From an uncultured Gallionella sp. (GTDB lineage: Bacteria > Pseudomonadota > Gammaproteobacteria > Burkholderiales > Gallionellaceae), in contig CAZURE010000003.1 of the NCBI GenBank assembly GCA_964623195.1, positions 19,910 through 83,909 of the forward strand: DNA of 64,000 nucleotides, written 5' to 3'. The notes beneath the pieces were generated by a model that ran no database searches, had not been told where the DNA came from, and saw nothing but the letters and a program-made list of their open reading frames with translations. The translations under genes were made by a program, and so were the position numbers. Shown here in pieces: positions 11,400 through 21,456 of the stretch. Position 1 is the first letter of the stretch; each line of letters begins with the position of its first letter.

Positions 11400-11885
11400 A
11401 TGTTTTATGTTGATCTCTTCGCTGCGCTTGGCCACCACAAAGTGGACTACCTGCTAATCGGCGGGTTAGCTGTTTCATTGCATGGTATAGAGCGTGCCAC
11501 GATGGATGTGGATATCACAGTGGCTTTGAATCCGGATAACTTGGCATCATTAATTGATGCCGCAAAGGAACTACAACTCACACCTGTACTGCCTGTCTCA
11601 CTGGAATCACTGTCCAATCTTGAGTTGCTGCGCGAATGGCATGAACAACGGAATCTCAAAGCATTCGCGTTGCGCACCCCTGATTTGGCAGGTGTGACAA
11701 TTGATGTGTTGCTGTTTCCGCCTGTAGATTTCGCTGAAATGCTTACTCGTGTAGAAAAATTCGAGGTTGCTGGCACAGCAATCAATGTCGTCTCGATAGA
11801 CGATCTGATAGCACTCAAACGTGCTGTTGCCCGCCCGATAGATTTGTCTGACATTGAACACCTGCAACGGGTTCAATCAGCATGA
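11400..11885 (+). CDS. Nucleotidyltransferase (DUF6036/AbiEii-like Pol-beta fold)
   Basis: GGLAVSLHGIERATMDVDI motif; C-terminal LIALKRAVARPIDLSDI. Confidence 0.75.
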   Translation: MFYVDLFAALGHHKVDYLLIGGLAVSLHGIERATMDVDITVALNPDNLASLIDAAKELQLTPVLPVSLESLSNLELLREWHEQRNLKAFALRTPDLAGVTIDVLLFPPVDFAEMLTRVEKFEVAGTAINVVSIDDLIALKRAVARPIDLSDIEHLQRVQSA

Positions 11886-12043
11886 CCCAATCATTCAATT
11901 CCGGTGATCGCACTTATTACGTGAGCGATGAACGCTTGCGTGCTTTCAAGGCGCTCACCCCGGAACAGCGGCTACGTTGGGTGGAAGAATTAGCCGCGTT
12001 TTTACGCATGGCGAAAGCCAACAAAGTTATCGAAAAGCGTTAA
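11882..12043 (+). CDS. 53-aa small protein translationally coupled to the nucleotidyltransferase (absent from ORF track)
   Basis: Hand translation MTQSFNSGDRTYYVSDERLRAFKALTPEQRLRWVEELAAFLRMAKANKVIEKR*; ATGA overlap; fills the gap up to mpl. Confidence 0.7.
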   Translation: MTQSFNSGDRTYYVSDERLRAFKALTPEQRLRWVEELAAFLRMAKANKVIEKR

Positions 12044-12051
12044 GACTAGAA

Positions 12052-13395
12052 ATGCACATCCACATCCTAGGCATTTGCGGCACGTTCATGGGCGGCATTG
12101 CTGCCATTGCAAAACAGGCGGGTTATCGCGTGACCGGTTGTGATGCCAACGTCTATCCGCCGATGTCCACGCAGCTTGAGGCGCAGGGCATCGAGTTGAT
12201 CGAAGGCTGGGATATTGAACAACTGAAACTCCAGCCCGATGTATTCGTCATCGGCAACGTGGTGACGCGGGGTAATCCGTTGATGGAGGAGATGCTTAAT
12301 CGCGGCTTGCCCTACGTTTCGGGCCCGCAGTGGTTATCAGAGGTCTTATTGCGCGATAAGTGGGTATTGGGCGTGGCAGGCACGCACGGCAAAACGACGA
12401 CCAGCGCCATGCTGGCTTGGATACTTGAATATGCCGGGCTGAATCCCGGCTTTTTGATTGGTGGCGTGCCTCAAAATTTTGACCTATCTGCTCGTCTGAC
12501 AGACTCCCCCTTCTTCGTCATCGAGGCGGATGAATATGATACGGCTTTCTTCGATAAACGTTCCAAGTTCGTCCACTACCGCCCTCGCACAGTCATTTTG
12601 AATAATCTTGAGTTCGACCATGCCGACGTATTCCCTGACCTTGATGCTATCGAGACGCAGTTCCATCATCTGGTACGCACGGTACCGGGTAATGGATTGA
12701 TTGTCAGCAATGCGCGTGAAACAACGCTGACCAAAGTCATCGAGCGCGGTTGCTGGACGCCAGTGGAGACGTTTAGTTCAAATGATGGCTGGAATATCAA
12801 AGCGCAAGGCCAAGTGACACTCAACGGAATGGAGCAAGGGCTATTGCAGTGGGATTTGATCGGCGAGCACAACCGTATGAATGCACTGGCAGCTTTGGCG
12901 GCCGCGCGTCATGCAGGGGTACCTGTCGCACAGGGACTGGCAGCATTAAGCAAATTCAAAAATGTGAAACGACGTATGGAAGTACGCGGTACGATCAACA
13001 ACATTACCGTTTACGATGATTTTGCACACCACCCTACCGCTATTGAAACCACAGTTACGGGCCTGCGCCAGAAAGTCGGGAGCGCAAGGATTCTGGCAGT
13101 GCTTGAGCCACGCTCAAACACGATGAAACTGGGCGTGATGAAAGAGGCATTGCCTGACAGCCTGAAGGATGCCGATCAAGTATTTTGCTACAGCGCGAAT
13201 CTTGGCTGGGATGCGTCAGAGTCACTTGCCCCGCTTGGCAGCAGAGCTGCGGTGATAGATGACCTTGATACGCTTGTTGCGGCTATTGTGAGTACGGCGA
13301 AGTCAGGTGACCATGTGTTGATCATGAGCAATGGCGGATTCGGTGGTATTCATGAAAAGCTGCTTGAGCATCTGCAGATGGATCACTCGTCCTGA
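12052..13395 (+). CDS. mpl: UDP-MurNAc:L-Ala-gamma-D-Glu-mDAP ligase
   Basis: MHIHILGICGTFMGG, GTHGKTTT, EADEYD, DDFAHHPTAI, MSNGGFGG; ATG at 12052. Confidence 0.96.
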   Translation: MHIHILGICGTFMGGIAAIAKQAGYRVTGCDANVYPPMSTQLEAQGIELIEGWDIEQLKLQPDVFVIGNVVTRGNPLMEEMLNRGLPYVSGPQWLSEVLLRDKWVLGVAGTHGKTTTSAMLAWILEYAGLNPGFLIGGVPQNFDLSARLTDSPFFVIEADEYDTAFFDKRSKFVHYRPRTVILNNLEFDHADVFPDLDAIETQFHHLVRTVPGNGLIVSNARETTLTKVIERGCWTPVETFSSNDGWNIKAQGQVTLNGMEQGLLQWDLIGEHNRMNALAALAAARHAGVPVAQGLAALSKFKNVKRRMEVRGTINNITVYDDFAHHPTAIETTVTGLRQKVGSARILAVLEPRSNTMKLGVMKEALPDSLKDADQVFCYSANLGWDASESLAPLGSRAAVIDDLDTLVAAIVSTAKSGDHVLIMSNGGFGGIHEKLLEHLQMDHSS

Positions 13396-14801
13396 TTATC
13401 TAAATCCAGTTCCTGAATTTTTCGTGTCAGGGTATTACGCCCGATTCCCAGCAACGTTGCAGCTTCGATACGACGCCCACCTGTATGTTGCAGTGCCTGG
13501 GTGATCAGCGTACTTTCAAATTCAGCAGTGAGTTTATCCATGATGCGCTCGTCTCCCCGCTGCAAAGCGCGTGCAGCTTGTCTAGCCAATGCTGAACTCC
13601 AATCACTTTCAGACCTACCACCTTCGGACGCAATACCTTCAGACGATTCACGCCACTCCAAAGGCAAATCAGCCACTTCCACGATCTGCGATGGTGTCAT
13701 CACTGTCAGCCAGTGACACAGATTTTCCAGTTCCCGTACGTTACCCGGAAATTCCTGGATGCCAAGATGTTGCAGCGTCGCTTCTCCGAAACGCTTTTGT
13801 TCGACTTTGAGTTCACGCGAGCTCTTCTGTAGGAAGAATTTTGCCAACAATGGAATATCTTCTCGCCGTTCACGCAAAGGCGGCAGACGTAGCCGAATCA
13901 CGTTCAGACGATGAAACAAGTCTTCACGGAACTGGCCCGCTTTAACGCGTTCGTCCAAATCCTGATGCGTCGCGGTGATGATGCGCACATCGGCCTTGAT
14001 CGGTTGATGGCCGCCGACACGATAAAAGTTGCCGTCAGACAGCACGCGCAATAAACGTGTTTGCAAATCCGCCGGCATATCGCCGATCTCATCGAGAAAC
14101 AGTGTACCGCCCTCAGCCTGCTCGAAGCGTCCGCGACGCATTGCTGCTGCCCCGGTGAAAGCTCCTTTCTCATGCCCGAACAATTCTGACTCAAGCAGGT
14201 CTTTAGGAATCGCCGCCGTATTGATCGCAATGAAGGACTGCTCTGCACGCGGGCTATGGCGGTGCAGCGCACGCGCCACCAGTTCCTTTCCGGTACCTGA
14301 CTCGCCATTAATCAGCACCGTGGCATGAGATTGTGAAAGCCTGCCGATAGCGCGGAATACCTCCTGCATCGCAGGGGCATGTCCGAGAATATCCGTGTCT
14401 GCTTCAACCTTTTCCGCACCACCTGATTTACGTTTGCTTTGCTCGATCGCACGCCGGATTAATTCGAGCGCGTGGTTGATATCGAATGGTTTTGGCATGT
14501 ATTCAAAAGCGCCGCCCTGAAATGCCGAAACAGCACTTTCCAGATCAGAATAAGCCGTCATGATGATGGCAGGGATATTTGGTTGCCCTTCATGTAGCTG
14601 TTCCAAAAAATCCAGACCCGAACTACCCGGCATACGAATGTCACTCACCACAACCTGTGGCGTCTCGCTTTTCAACGCCTGCAAAGCGTCATCAGCACTG
14701 GAAAAGCTTTTGAACTCGATATTCTCACGCGTTAGCGCTTTTTCCAGCACCCAGCGAATAGAGCGATCATCATCAATTATCCATACATTTTTCATGTTCA
14801 C
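13383..14801 (-). CDS. glnG: Nitrogen regulation protein NR(I), NtrC
   Basis: REC, GESGTGKE, ESELFGHEKGAFTGA, Fis-type HTH GIGRNTLTRK. Confidence 0.96.
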   Translation of the reverse strand: MNMKNVWIIDDDRSIRWVLEKALTRENIEFKSFSSADDALQALKSETPQVVVSDIRMPGSSGLDFLEQLHEGQPNIPAIIMTAYSDLESAVSAFQGGAFEYMPKPFDINHALELIRRAIEQSKRKSGGAEKVEADTDILGHAPAMQEVFRAIGRLSQSHATVLINGESGTGKELVARALHRHSPRAEQSFIAINTAAIPKDLLESELFGHEKGAFTGAAAMRRGRFEQAEGGTLFLDEIGDMPADLQTRLLRVLSDGNFYRVGGHQPIKADVRIITATHQDLDERVKAGQFREDLFHRLNVIRLRLPPLRERREDIPLLAKFFLQKSSRELKVEQKRFGEATLQHLGIQEFPGNVRELENLCHWLTVMTPSQIVEVADLPLEWRESSEGIASEGGRSESDWSSALARQAARALQRGDERIMDKLTAEFESTLITQALQHTGGRRIEAATLLGIGRNTLTRKIQELDLDNQDE

Positions 14802-14822
14802 CTCTAATCAGAGCATTAGCAA

Positions 14823-15863
14823 TCAGGGCACCGGAAGCATTACTGTAAAACAGGTGCGCCCCGGCTCACTCTCAAACTCAATCGTGCCATGATGCTGATT
14901 GATAAAATCCTGCGCTAATGTCAGCCCCAGCCCGTGACCATCTGCTCGTCCTGACACTAACGGATAAAATATTTTGTCACTTAATTCGGGCGTTATTCCA
15001 GGGCCTTCGTCGATGATCTGTATCGCCATTGCCAAGCGGTGCCGTTGCTTGATTAACGTCACCTGTCTGGCAATGCGGGTGCGCAAAGTAATCGATCCTT
15101 TTTCTTGCATGGCTTGTGCAGCATTGCGCACAATGTTTAGGATGACTTGTATCAATTGCTCTTTATCTCCCACCAGTTCAGGCAAGCTCGTGTCGTAGTC
15201 ACGCTTGATTATCAAGCTGTCTGGTATCTCTGCCAACACGACACTGCGCACCCGCTCAAGCACTTCATGGATATTCAGTGCACTGCTTTGCGAGCCACTC
15301 TGCGGGGTAAGCAGATTTTCCATTAACGAGCGTAGTCTGTCCGCTTCCTGAATGATGACCTGTGTATATTCTTGCAGCGCGGGCTTTTCCAATTCCTGCT
15401 CAAGTAATTGTGCAGCACCACGTATCCCGCCCAGCGGGTTTTTGATCTCGTGTGCAAGATTGCGCAGCAATAAGCGGCTGGCCTGCGTTTGATCCAGCAT
15501 CTGCTCCTCTCGTGCTAACTTCATCGGTCGGTCGATCGGATATAACTCAAGCAGTAAATAGCTGTTGTCCAATTGCAAAGGCGTCGCCGCACAACGTAAT
15601 TGCAATTTCCCATGTGCTTGCGTACCCAAAGTCAGATCGTGCTCGATATATCTGGCGTCATTGTGTATGGCCTGCTGAATGGCCTTGGTCAGTTGTTCGG
15701 TATGGGTAAAGACCTGTTGCAACTGATGCCCCTGAAGATTTTTTCCGCTGACGTCGAACAGATATTCTGCTGCCGGGTTGAGATAGGAGATGCGTGACTC
15801 ATCGTCCAGCAAGACAACGGCTGTGGCCAGATGCTCTAGGTTCAGTGAAGATAAATCAGGCAT
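14823..15863 (-). CDS. glnL: Nitrogen regulation kinase NR(II), NtrB
   Basis: PAS plus LAHEIKNPLGGIRGAAQLL; directly upstream of ntrC. Confidence 0.95.
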   Translation of the reverse strand: MPDLSSLNLEHLATAVVLLDDESRISYLNPAAEYLFDVSGKNLQGHQLQQVFTHTEQLTKAIQQAIHNDARYIEHDLTLGTQAHGKLQLRCAATPLQLDNSYLLLELYPIDRPMKLAREEQMLDQTQASRLLLRNLAHEIKNPLGGIRGAAQLLEQELEKPALQEYTQVIIQEADRLRSLMENLLTPQSGSQSSALNIHEVLERVRSVVLAEIPDSLIIKRDYDTSLPELVGDKEQLIQVILNIVRNAAQAMQEKGSITLRTRIARQVTLIKQRHRLAMAIQIIDEGPGITPELSDKIFYPLVSGRADGHGLGLTLAQDFINQHHGTIEFESEPGRTCFTVMLPVP

Positions 15864-15875
15864 ATTCTAAGTTGA

Positions 15876-15890
15876 GCAGAAAGCATGCCA
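15876..15890 (-). promoter_or_regulatory. Sigma54 -24/-12 element upstream of ntrB
   Basis: Minus strand TGGCATGCTTTCTGC fits GG-N10-GC. Confidence 0.6.
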
Positions 15891-15903
15891 AGTAAGGTCG
15901 TGG

Positions 15904-16380
15904 TCACTTCAGTTTAGACAACTCTGTTTGTAATGCTGCAATATTCTTTTCGTGTTGCTCAATCAAATCGCTTAAAGCCTTGGTTTTTTTCTCGAACTTT
16001 GCAACATTGCGAAAGATTTTGCCATTGGCATCCTTATATACCTCAGGGCTGGCCTCGCTAAGATCTACTCTGGCTTTTATGAGTAACTTTTGTTCGGTTC
16101 CAAGTTCATCTTCCAATATCCTGCGTCGGATATTGTCACGCTTTTTCTGTGTTTTTCTATCCACTTTCGGAAAACCTTCAGATGCTTTTTTAGCTTTCTT
16201 AGGTTTGGTTTGAGTAGGCGGAGCTGTGGTAGGCAATGGCGGTAAATCTAACTTCTTGGCACCCTTTGCCGGTTCGCTGGAGTAAGTGACATGCCCGTCC
16301 TCATCCACCGCTTTGTATATTTCGGCTTGAACGACAAGTGGCATCGCCAGCAAGGCCATGGATAATATTCGAAGTTTCAT
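15904..16380 (-). CDS. DUF4124 domain exported protein
   Basis: Signal peptide then AEIYKAVDEDGHVTYS; coiled-coil C-terminus; usual position between glnA and ntrB; ATG at 16380. Confidence 0.8.
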   Translation of the reverse strand: MKLRILSMALLAMPLVVQAEIYKAVDEDGHVTYSSEPAKGAKKLDLPPLPTTAPPTQTKPKKAKKASEGFPKVDRKTQKKRDNIRRRILEDELGTEQKLLIKARVDLSEASPEVYKDANGKIFRNVAKFEKKTKALSDLIEQHEKNIAALQTELSKLK

Positions 16381-16451
16381 GGTCGTTTTTTTGAAATACA
16401 TATGTGAAGTATAGGACATGCAACGAGCGACAGACAAATTGCACTCATCGA

Positions 16452-16484
16452 CAAACAAAACGGGGCACTAAGCCCCGTTCTGTT
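16452..16484 (-). terminator. Intrinsic terminator after glnA
   Basis: Minus strand AACGGGGC-TTAGT-GCCCCGTT followed by TTGTTTGT. Confidence 0.75.
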
Positions 16485-16503
16485 ATACCGCGATCAATGA
16501 ACT

Positions 16504-17919
16504 TTAGATGCTGTAATACATATCAAACTCAACCGGATGAGTTGTCATGCGGATGCGGTTCACCTCCCCCATCTTCAACTCAATGAAAGCATCAATGAAG
16601 TCACTGGAGAACACGCCCCCACGAGTCAGGAATTCGCGATCTTTATCCAATGCAGCCAAAGCGTCATCCAGAGATACCGCAACTGTCGGAATCTTTGCAT
16701 CTTCTTCCGGCGGAAGATCATACAAGTTCTTATCAGCCGGATCGCCAGGGTGAATCTTGTTCTGGATGCCATCAAGGCCAGCCATCATCAGCGCTGCAAA
16801 ACACAGATACGGGTTAGCCGTCGGGTCAGGGAAGCGAGTCTCAATACGACGTGCCTTGTCGCTGGCAACGTGAGGGATACGGATAGAAGCTGAACGATTC
16901 TTTGCAGAATAGGCCAGCTTTACCGGAGCCTCAAAGTGAGGAACGAGGCGCTTGTATGAATTTGTACTCGAGTTGCAGAGTGCATTCAATGCCTTGGCAT
17001 GCTTAATAATGCCGCCGATGTAAAACAATGCAGTCTCTGACAGACCCGCATAGCCATTACCTGCGAATGTATTTTTGCCGTCTTTCCAGATCGACTGATG
17101 TACGTGCATACCTGAACCGTTATCACCCACGATAGGCTTAGGCATGAAGGTCGCTGTTTTGCCATACTGGTGTGCGACATTGTGTACGACATACTTAAGC
17201 GCCTGTGTCTGATCTGCACGACGAACCAGTGTGTCGAATTTGGTACCGATCTCACATTGACCTGCGGTAGCGACTTCATGGTGGTGTACTTCAACCTCAA
17301 TACCGATCTCATCCAATGCCAGGCACATTGCGGCGCGAACGTCATTCAGGCTATCGACAGGAGGTACCGGGAAGTAGCCGCCTTTGACTGTAGGACGGTG
17401 ACCGGTGTTACCACCTTCGAATTTTTCACCGGATGCCCATGCGGCTTCTTCGGAATTCACTTTCAACGTGCAGCCGGACATATCGACTGACCAGTTCACA
17501 GAGTCAAACACGAAAAATTCTGGCTCAGGACCGAAGAATACGGTGTCGCCGACGCCAGTTGATTTCAGATAGGCCTCAGCACGTTTTGCAATAGAGCGCG
17601 GGTCGCGATCATATCCTTTGCCATCAGTCGGCTCAACCACATCGCAGGTAACAACCAATGTATTGTCATCCATGAATGGATCAAGATACGCGCTGGTTGG
17701 ATCCGGCATCAACAGCATGTCTGAAGCCTGAATACCTTTCCAGCCGGCAATTGAGGAACCATCAAAAGCATGACCGTCCTCGAATTTATCCGCATCGACA
17801 ACTTTAGCCGGGACACTTACGTGCTGTTCCTTGCCACGGGTATCAGTAAAGCGCAGGTCGACAAACTTCACATCGTTTTCTTTAATCATTTTCAAGACAT
17901 CATCTACTGACATCGACAT
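16504..17919 (-). CDS. glnA: Glutamine synthetase type I
   Basis: [43 protein letters not shown]; AGGAG Shine-Dalgarno. Confidence 0.98.
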   Translation of the reverse strand: MSMSVDDVLKMIKENDVKFVDLRFTDTRGKEQHVSVPAKVVDADKFEDGHAFDGSSIAGWKGIQASDMLLMPDPTSAYLDPFMDDNTLVVTCDVVEPTDGKGYDRDPRSIAKRAEAYLKSTGVGDTVFFGPEPEFFVFDSVNWSVDMSGCTLKVNSEEAAWASGEKFEGGNTGHRPTVKGGYFPVPPVDSLNDVRAAMCLALDEIGIEVEVHHHEVATAGQCEIGTKFDTLVRRADQTQALKYVVHNVAHQYGKTATFMPKPIVGDNGSGMHVHQSIWKDGKNTFAGNGYAGLSETALFYIGGIIKHAKALNALCNSSTNSYKRLVPHFEAPVKLAYSAKNRSASIRIPHVASDKARRIETRFPDPTANPYLCFAALMMAGLDGIQNKIHPGDPADKNLYDLPPEEDAKIPTVAVSLDDALAALDKDREFLTRGGVFSSDFIDAFIELKMGEVNRIRMTTHPVEFDMYYSI

Positions 17920-17975
17920 AGCATTCTCCTAGAGCATCAAAATTGAACAATAAACGTAAAACCGAAATTCATTAC

Positions 17976-17990
17976 GCAGAAAGTGTGCCA
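17976..17990 (-). promoter_or_regulatory. Sigma54 promoter of glnA
   Basis: Minus strand TGGCACACTTTCTGC (GG-N10-GC) about 55 nt upstream of the glnA start. Confidence 0.8.
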
Positions 17991-18054
17991 CACCCTACCC
18001 TGAACGGTTAAGCCACTATTCTGCCACAAGCACTTTGCATTCACATCAAAACTT

Positions 18055-18114
18055 TGCACCAACAATGTGCGCTATGGAATATTTTGCACTAATTGTGTGC
18101 ATAACTTTGGTGCA
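18055..18114. promoter_or_regulatory. Cluster of three NtrC-box-like sites (enhancer)
   Basis: TGCACCAACAATGTGCG (18055-71), TGCACTAATTGTGTGCA (18085-101), TGCATAACTTTGGTGCA (18098-114) versus consensus TGCACC-N5-GGTGCA. Confidence 0.75.
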
Positions 18115-19276
18115 AGTGGATAATCCGAAAGGTTTCATCATCTTGAATCGACTCATTACACTTTATTTGCACTCTATTTGCTTCTTGAACTAACGGATGG
18201 TTGGGTGGCAAATATATTTCAGCTTCAACCTGCCCATCCAGATAATGAAACACCACGCGCAAATCTTCTAGGCTGATACCACCCAAATGCTCTGCAAGCT
18301 GCTTAAGCAACAGTGGGCGAGGGGGAAGGTGTGAGTTTGGCTTTGCCTGTAGATCATCTTCAGGATCGATATGCACCATTACATCCAGAACGTGGTGATT
18401 TTTCAGAACAGCTTGGCGGGCTGATTCAGCAATGAAGTGTCCCTCAGAAACACTGATTGTTGGATCGACCATGATATGTGCATCAACCAATGCATTATCG
18501 GCCATCTTGCGTGTGCGTAACTCATGCAGCCCCCTCACCCCGTGGTTATTGAGCAACGTTTGACGGATGGCGTCAACTTCTTCTTCTTCCAGCCCGGTAT
18601 CAATCAGTTCTGCCATCGACTCCAGCGCCAGCTTGCCGCCCATATGGGCGATCATGACGCCGACAACCGCCGCTGCCAGCAGGTCAAAAAAGGTGAAGCC
18701 AAGCAAGTTGCCTCCGACACCGACAATCACAACAAGTGAAGAAGCTGCATCAGAACGTGCGTGCCATGCATTGGCGATCAACATTTGCGAGCGAACACGC
18801 TTAGCGACGGACAGCATGTAACGAAATAACCCTTCCTTGGCGATCAATGCAAAAAAGGCGATCCCCAATGCATACGGGTTGACCACTTGCATCGCTTCAG
18901 GGTGCTGTAACTTCATTGCGGCGGCCACCAGCAACCCGACACCAAGCACCGCCAGAAAAACGCCGAGAATCAAGGTGGCGGCTGTTTCTATGCGTGCATG
19001 CCCATATGGATGCTCGGCGTCAGCATGTTGATTGCCGTGGCGATTAGCAGCCAGCACCAGCCCGTCTGAAAGCAGGTCGGATAGGGAGTGCAGACCATCC
19101 GCAATCAGTGCTTGCGAATGCGCAAAGAATCCGCCGATGATTTGCATCACTGTCAAAACGACATTGATACCGACACTCACCCAAGTGCTTTTTTGAGCTG
19201 CTGCATACCGTTCGGGATGAGCGGGCTTGAACGATCCTGGGGATTCGTGCGAATCTGAATGATTAATATGGTTCAT
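18089..19276 (-). CDS. Cation diffusion facilitator (FieF-like) transporter with C-terminal extension
   Basis: ADGLHSLSD, HPYGHARIE, HARSDA, LRTRK, VHIDP motifs. Confidence 0.9.
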   Translation of the reverse strand: MNHINHSDSHESPGSFKPAHPERYAAAQKSTWVSVGINVVLTVMQIIGGFFAHSQALIADGLHSLSDLLSDGLVLAANRHGNQHADAEHPYGHARIETAATLILGVFLAVLGVGLLVAAAMKLQHPEAMQVVNPYALGIAFFALIAKEGLFRYMLSVAKRVRSQMLIANAWHARSDAASSLVVIVGVGGNLLGFTFFDLLAAAVVGVMIAHMGGKLALESMAELIDTGLEEEEVDAIRQTLLNNHGVRGLHELRTRKMADNALVDAHIMVDPTISVSEGHFIAESARQAVLKNHHVLDVMVHIDPEDDLQAKPNSHLPPRPLLLKQLAEHLGGISLEDLRVVFHYLDGQVEAEIYLPPNHPLVQEANRVQIKCNESIQDDETFRIIHLHQSYAHN

Positions 19277-19428
19277 ATTGATTGGGTTAATATTGCTTTG
19301 GCGTTATGTGTTTAATCCATATCGCCTCAATGGTTTGATATAAACAGGACAATGTTACATTGTTCTCGTCGTATTCGCCTTACTACCACTATAATTCAGT
19401 CTGTTTAGTCTTTTGAAGAAAGAACATC

Positions 19429-19881
19429 ATGGGAAATATTACCGACATTTTACAAGCTGCCCAAGCTAGAGCTAAAGAACTTAACCTTGAATATTCAGGA
19501 GCACTTCTCCCCTCTGAAGCTTATGAAATACTTCAATCCGCCCCCGGGGCTAAAGTAGTTGATGTCCGCACCCAGGCCGAACTGGACTGGGTGGGCATTG
19601 TGCCGGATGCAGTATCAATCGAATGGGCAAGCTATCCGGGCATGAAACCCAATCAAAACTTTATCGCTCAACTTGAGCAGCAAGTCGATAAAGAGTCATT
19701 GGTCATGTTTCTTTGTCGTAGCGGTGCCAGATCTCATCACGCAGCAATTGCGGCCACAAAAGCTGGTTTCAATGATTGCTACAACATTCTGGAAGGCTTT
19801 GAGGGCGACATGAATGCGGACGGCCAACGCAATGTACTGAATGGCTGGCGAGCAGAAGAGCTGCCGTGGGAACAGAATTAA
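19429..19881 (+). CDS. Rhodanese-like domain protein
   Basis: DVRTQAE, FLCRSGARS, NILEGFEG. Confidence 0.9.
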   Translation: MGNITDILQAAQARAKELNLEYSGALLPSEAYEILQSAPGAKVVDVRTQAELDWVGIVPDAVSIEWASYPGMKPNQNFIAQLEQQVDKESLVMFLCRSGARSHHAAIAATKAGFNDCYNILEGFEGDMNADGQRNVLNGWRAEELPWEQN

Positions 19882-19972
19882 GCGGGCTCAGTAGTTTAAG
19901 TTGAGAGTGCAGACTGCCAGCGAACTTTAGTTCATCCCAGTTTGCCCCGCTTTATTCCGACTTAAACCACTT

Positions 19973-20734
19973 TCAGTAGTCAATCGTCAATGGCGCGTGA
20001 TCCGAGAAGCGCTGCGCTTTATATATGCTTGCTTTTGAGGCTCGCGCAGCAATATCCGGTGTTGTGATTTGATAGTCGATGCGCCAACCGACATCTTTTG
20101 CCCATGCCTGCCCCCGATTGGACCACCAAGTGTATGCCTCCAGCTCCGGATGAACCTTACGGAACACATCCACATATCCGACCTCATCAAACAATGAGGT
20201 CAGCCATGCTCTTTCTTCGGGCAGAAAACCAGAATTCTTCTTGTTACCACGCCAGTTTTTCAAATCCTTTTCTGTATGGGCAATGTTCCAATCGCCGCAC
20301 AAAATAATATCCCGACCACTTTTTTTCAACTCAACAAGATGCGGCATGAATGCATCCAAGAATGCGAATTTAACTGTCTGACGCTCATCACTGCTAGAAC
20401 CGGATGGTAAATAGAGCGATACGACGCTGAGGTTGCCAAACTTCGCTTCCAGATATCGGCCTTCGCAATCGAATTCAGGCATCCCCAATCCTTCAATAAT
20501 CTCATCCGGCTTACGCTTCGAGTATATGCCCACTCCGCTATATCCTTTTTTTTCAGCATAGTGAAAACAACCGTGATAACCCTTAGGGGCATGCATCTCA
20601 GGTGACATATCTGCGGCTTGTGCCTTGAGTTCCTGCATACAAATGATGTCCGCTTTCTGTTTCGGAAGCCATTCAAGAAAGCCCTTTTTGGTGGCGGAGC
20701 GGATACCATTCAGATTGAGCGTGATAATTCGCAT
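19973..20734 (-). CDS. xth: Exodeoxyribonuclease III
   Basis: NLNGIRSA, MQELKA, GDWNIAH, YTWWS, GWRIDY, SDHAPL; ATG at 20734. Confidence 0.95.
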   Translation of the reverse strand: MRIITLNLNGIRSATKKGFLEWLPKQKADIICMQELKAQAADMSPEMHAPKGYHGCFHYAEKKGYSGVGIYSKRKPDEIIEGLGMPEFDCEGRYLEAKFGNLSVVSLYLPSGSSSDERQTVKFAFLDAFMPHLVELKKSGRDIILCGDWNIAHTEKDLKNWRGNKKNSGFLPEERAWLTSLFDEVGYVDVFRKVHPELEAYTWWSNRGQAWAKDVGWRIDYQITTPDIAARASKASIYKAQRFSDHAPLTIDY

Positions 20735-20808
20735 GTAAATTTTTGATCTCGATATTTTGGGCATGCCATTATAATGAAATCAACTTGTACTTACTCAACC
20801 TCTAGCCT

Positions 20809-21456
20809 ATGGTCAATTTCAGACACGATTTCATCAAATTTGCCGTTCAGCACAATGTGCTGCGTTTCGGTGAGTTCGAAACTAAAGCAGGGCGGTTATC
20901 GCCTTATTTCTTTAATGCCGGCCTTTTTAACGATGGCCTGTCACTAAAGGAACTGACACAATTCTATGCTCAGGCAATACTCACCTCTGGCATTGAGTTT
21001 GACTTGTTGTTCGGTCCTGCTTACAAGGGTATTCCATTGGCGGCAGGCACTTCGATAGCATTGGCTGATCAGGGGATCAACATTCCATATAGCTACAATC
21101 GCAAGGAGGCTAAGGATCACGGAGAAGGGGGCATTATTGTAGGCGCCAAACTTGCAGGAAAAGTGCTAATCATTGATGATGTGATATCCGCGGGTACATC
21201 AGTGCGCGAATCTATCGATATCATTCGTTCATCAAACGCTGAGCCTTGTGGCGTTATCATAGCCTTAGATCGAATGGAACGTGGCGAAAGTGTTTTATCG
21301 GCTGCTCAGGAAGTACAACGCAACTTTGGCATACCCGTGCTGTCTATCGCCACATTGGAAGACCTACTTAGCTATTTACAGCATAGTGAGGGGATGGTGA
21401 AAAATCTTACTGCAGTCCAATCATACCGAGAGCATTATGGAGTAAAAAATGACTGA
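20809..21456 (+). CDS. pyrE: Orotate phosphoribosyltransferase
   Basis: GPAYKGIP, RKEAKDHGEGG, IIDDVISAGTS. Confidence 0.97.
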   Translation: MVNFRHDFIKFAVQHNVLRFGEFETKAGRLSPYFFNAGLFNDGLSLKELTQFYAQAILTSGIEFDLLFGPAYKGIPLAAGTSIALADQGINIPYSYNRKEAKDHGEGGIIVGAKLAGKVLIIDDVISAGTSVRESIDIIRSSNAEPCGVIIALDRMERGESVLSAAQEVQRNFGIPVLSIATLEDLLSYLQHSEGMVKNLTAVQSYREHYGVKND

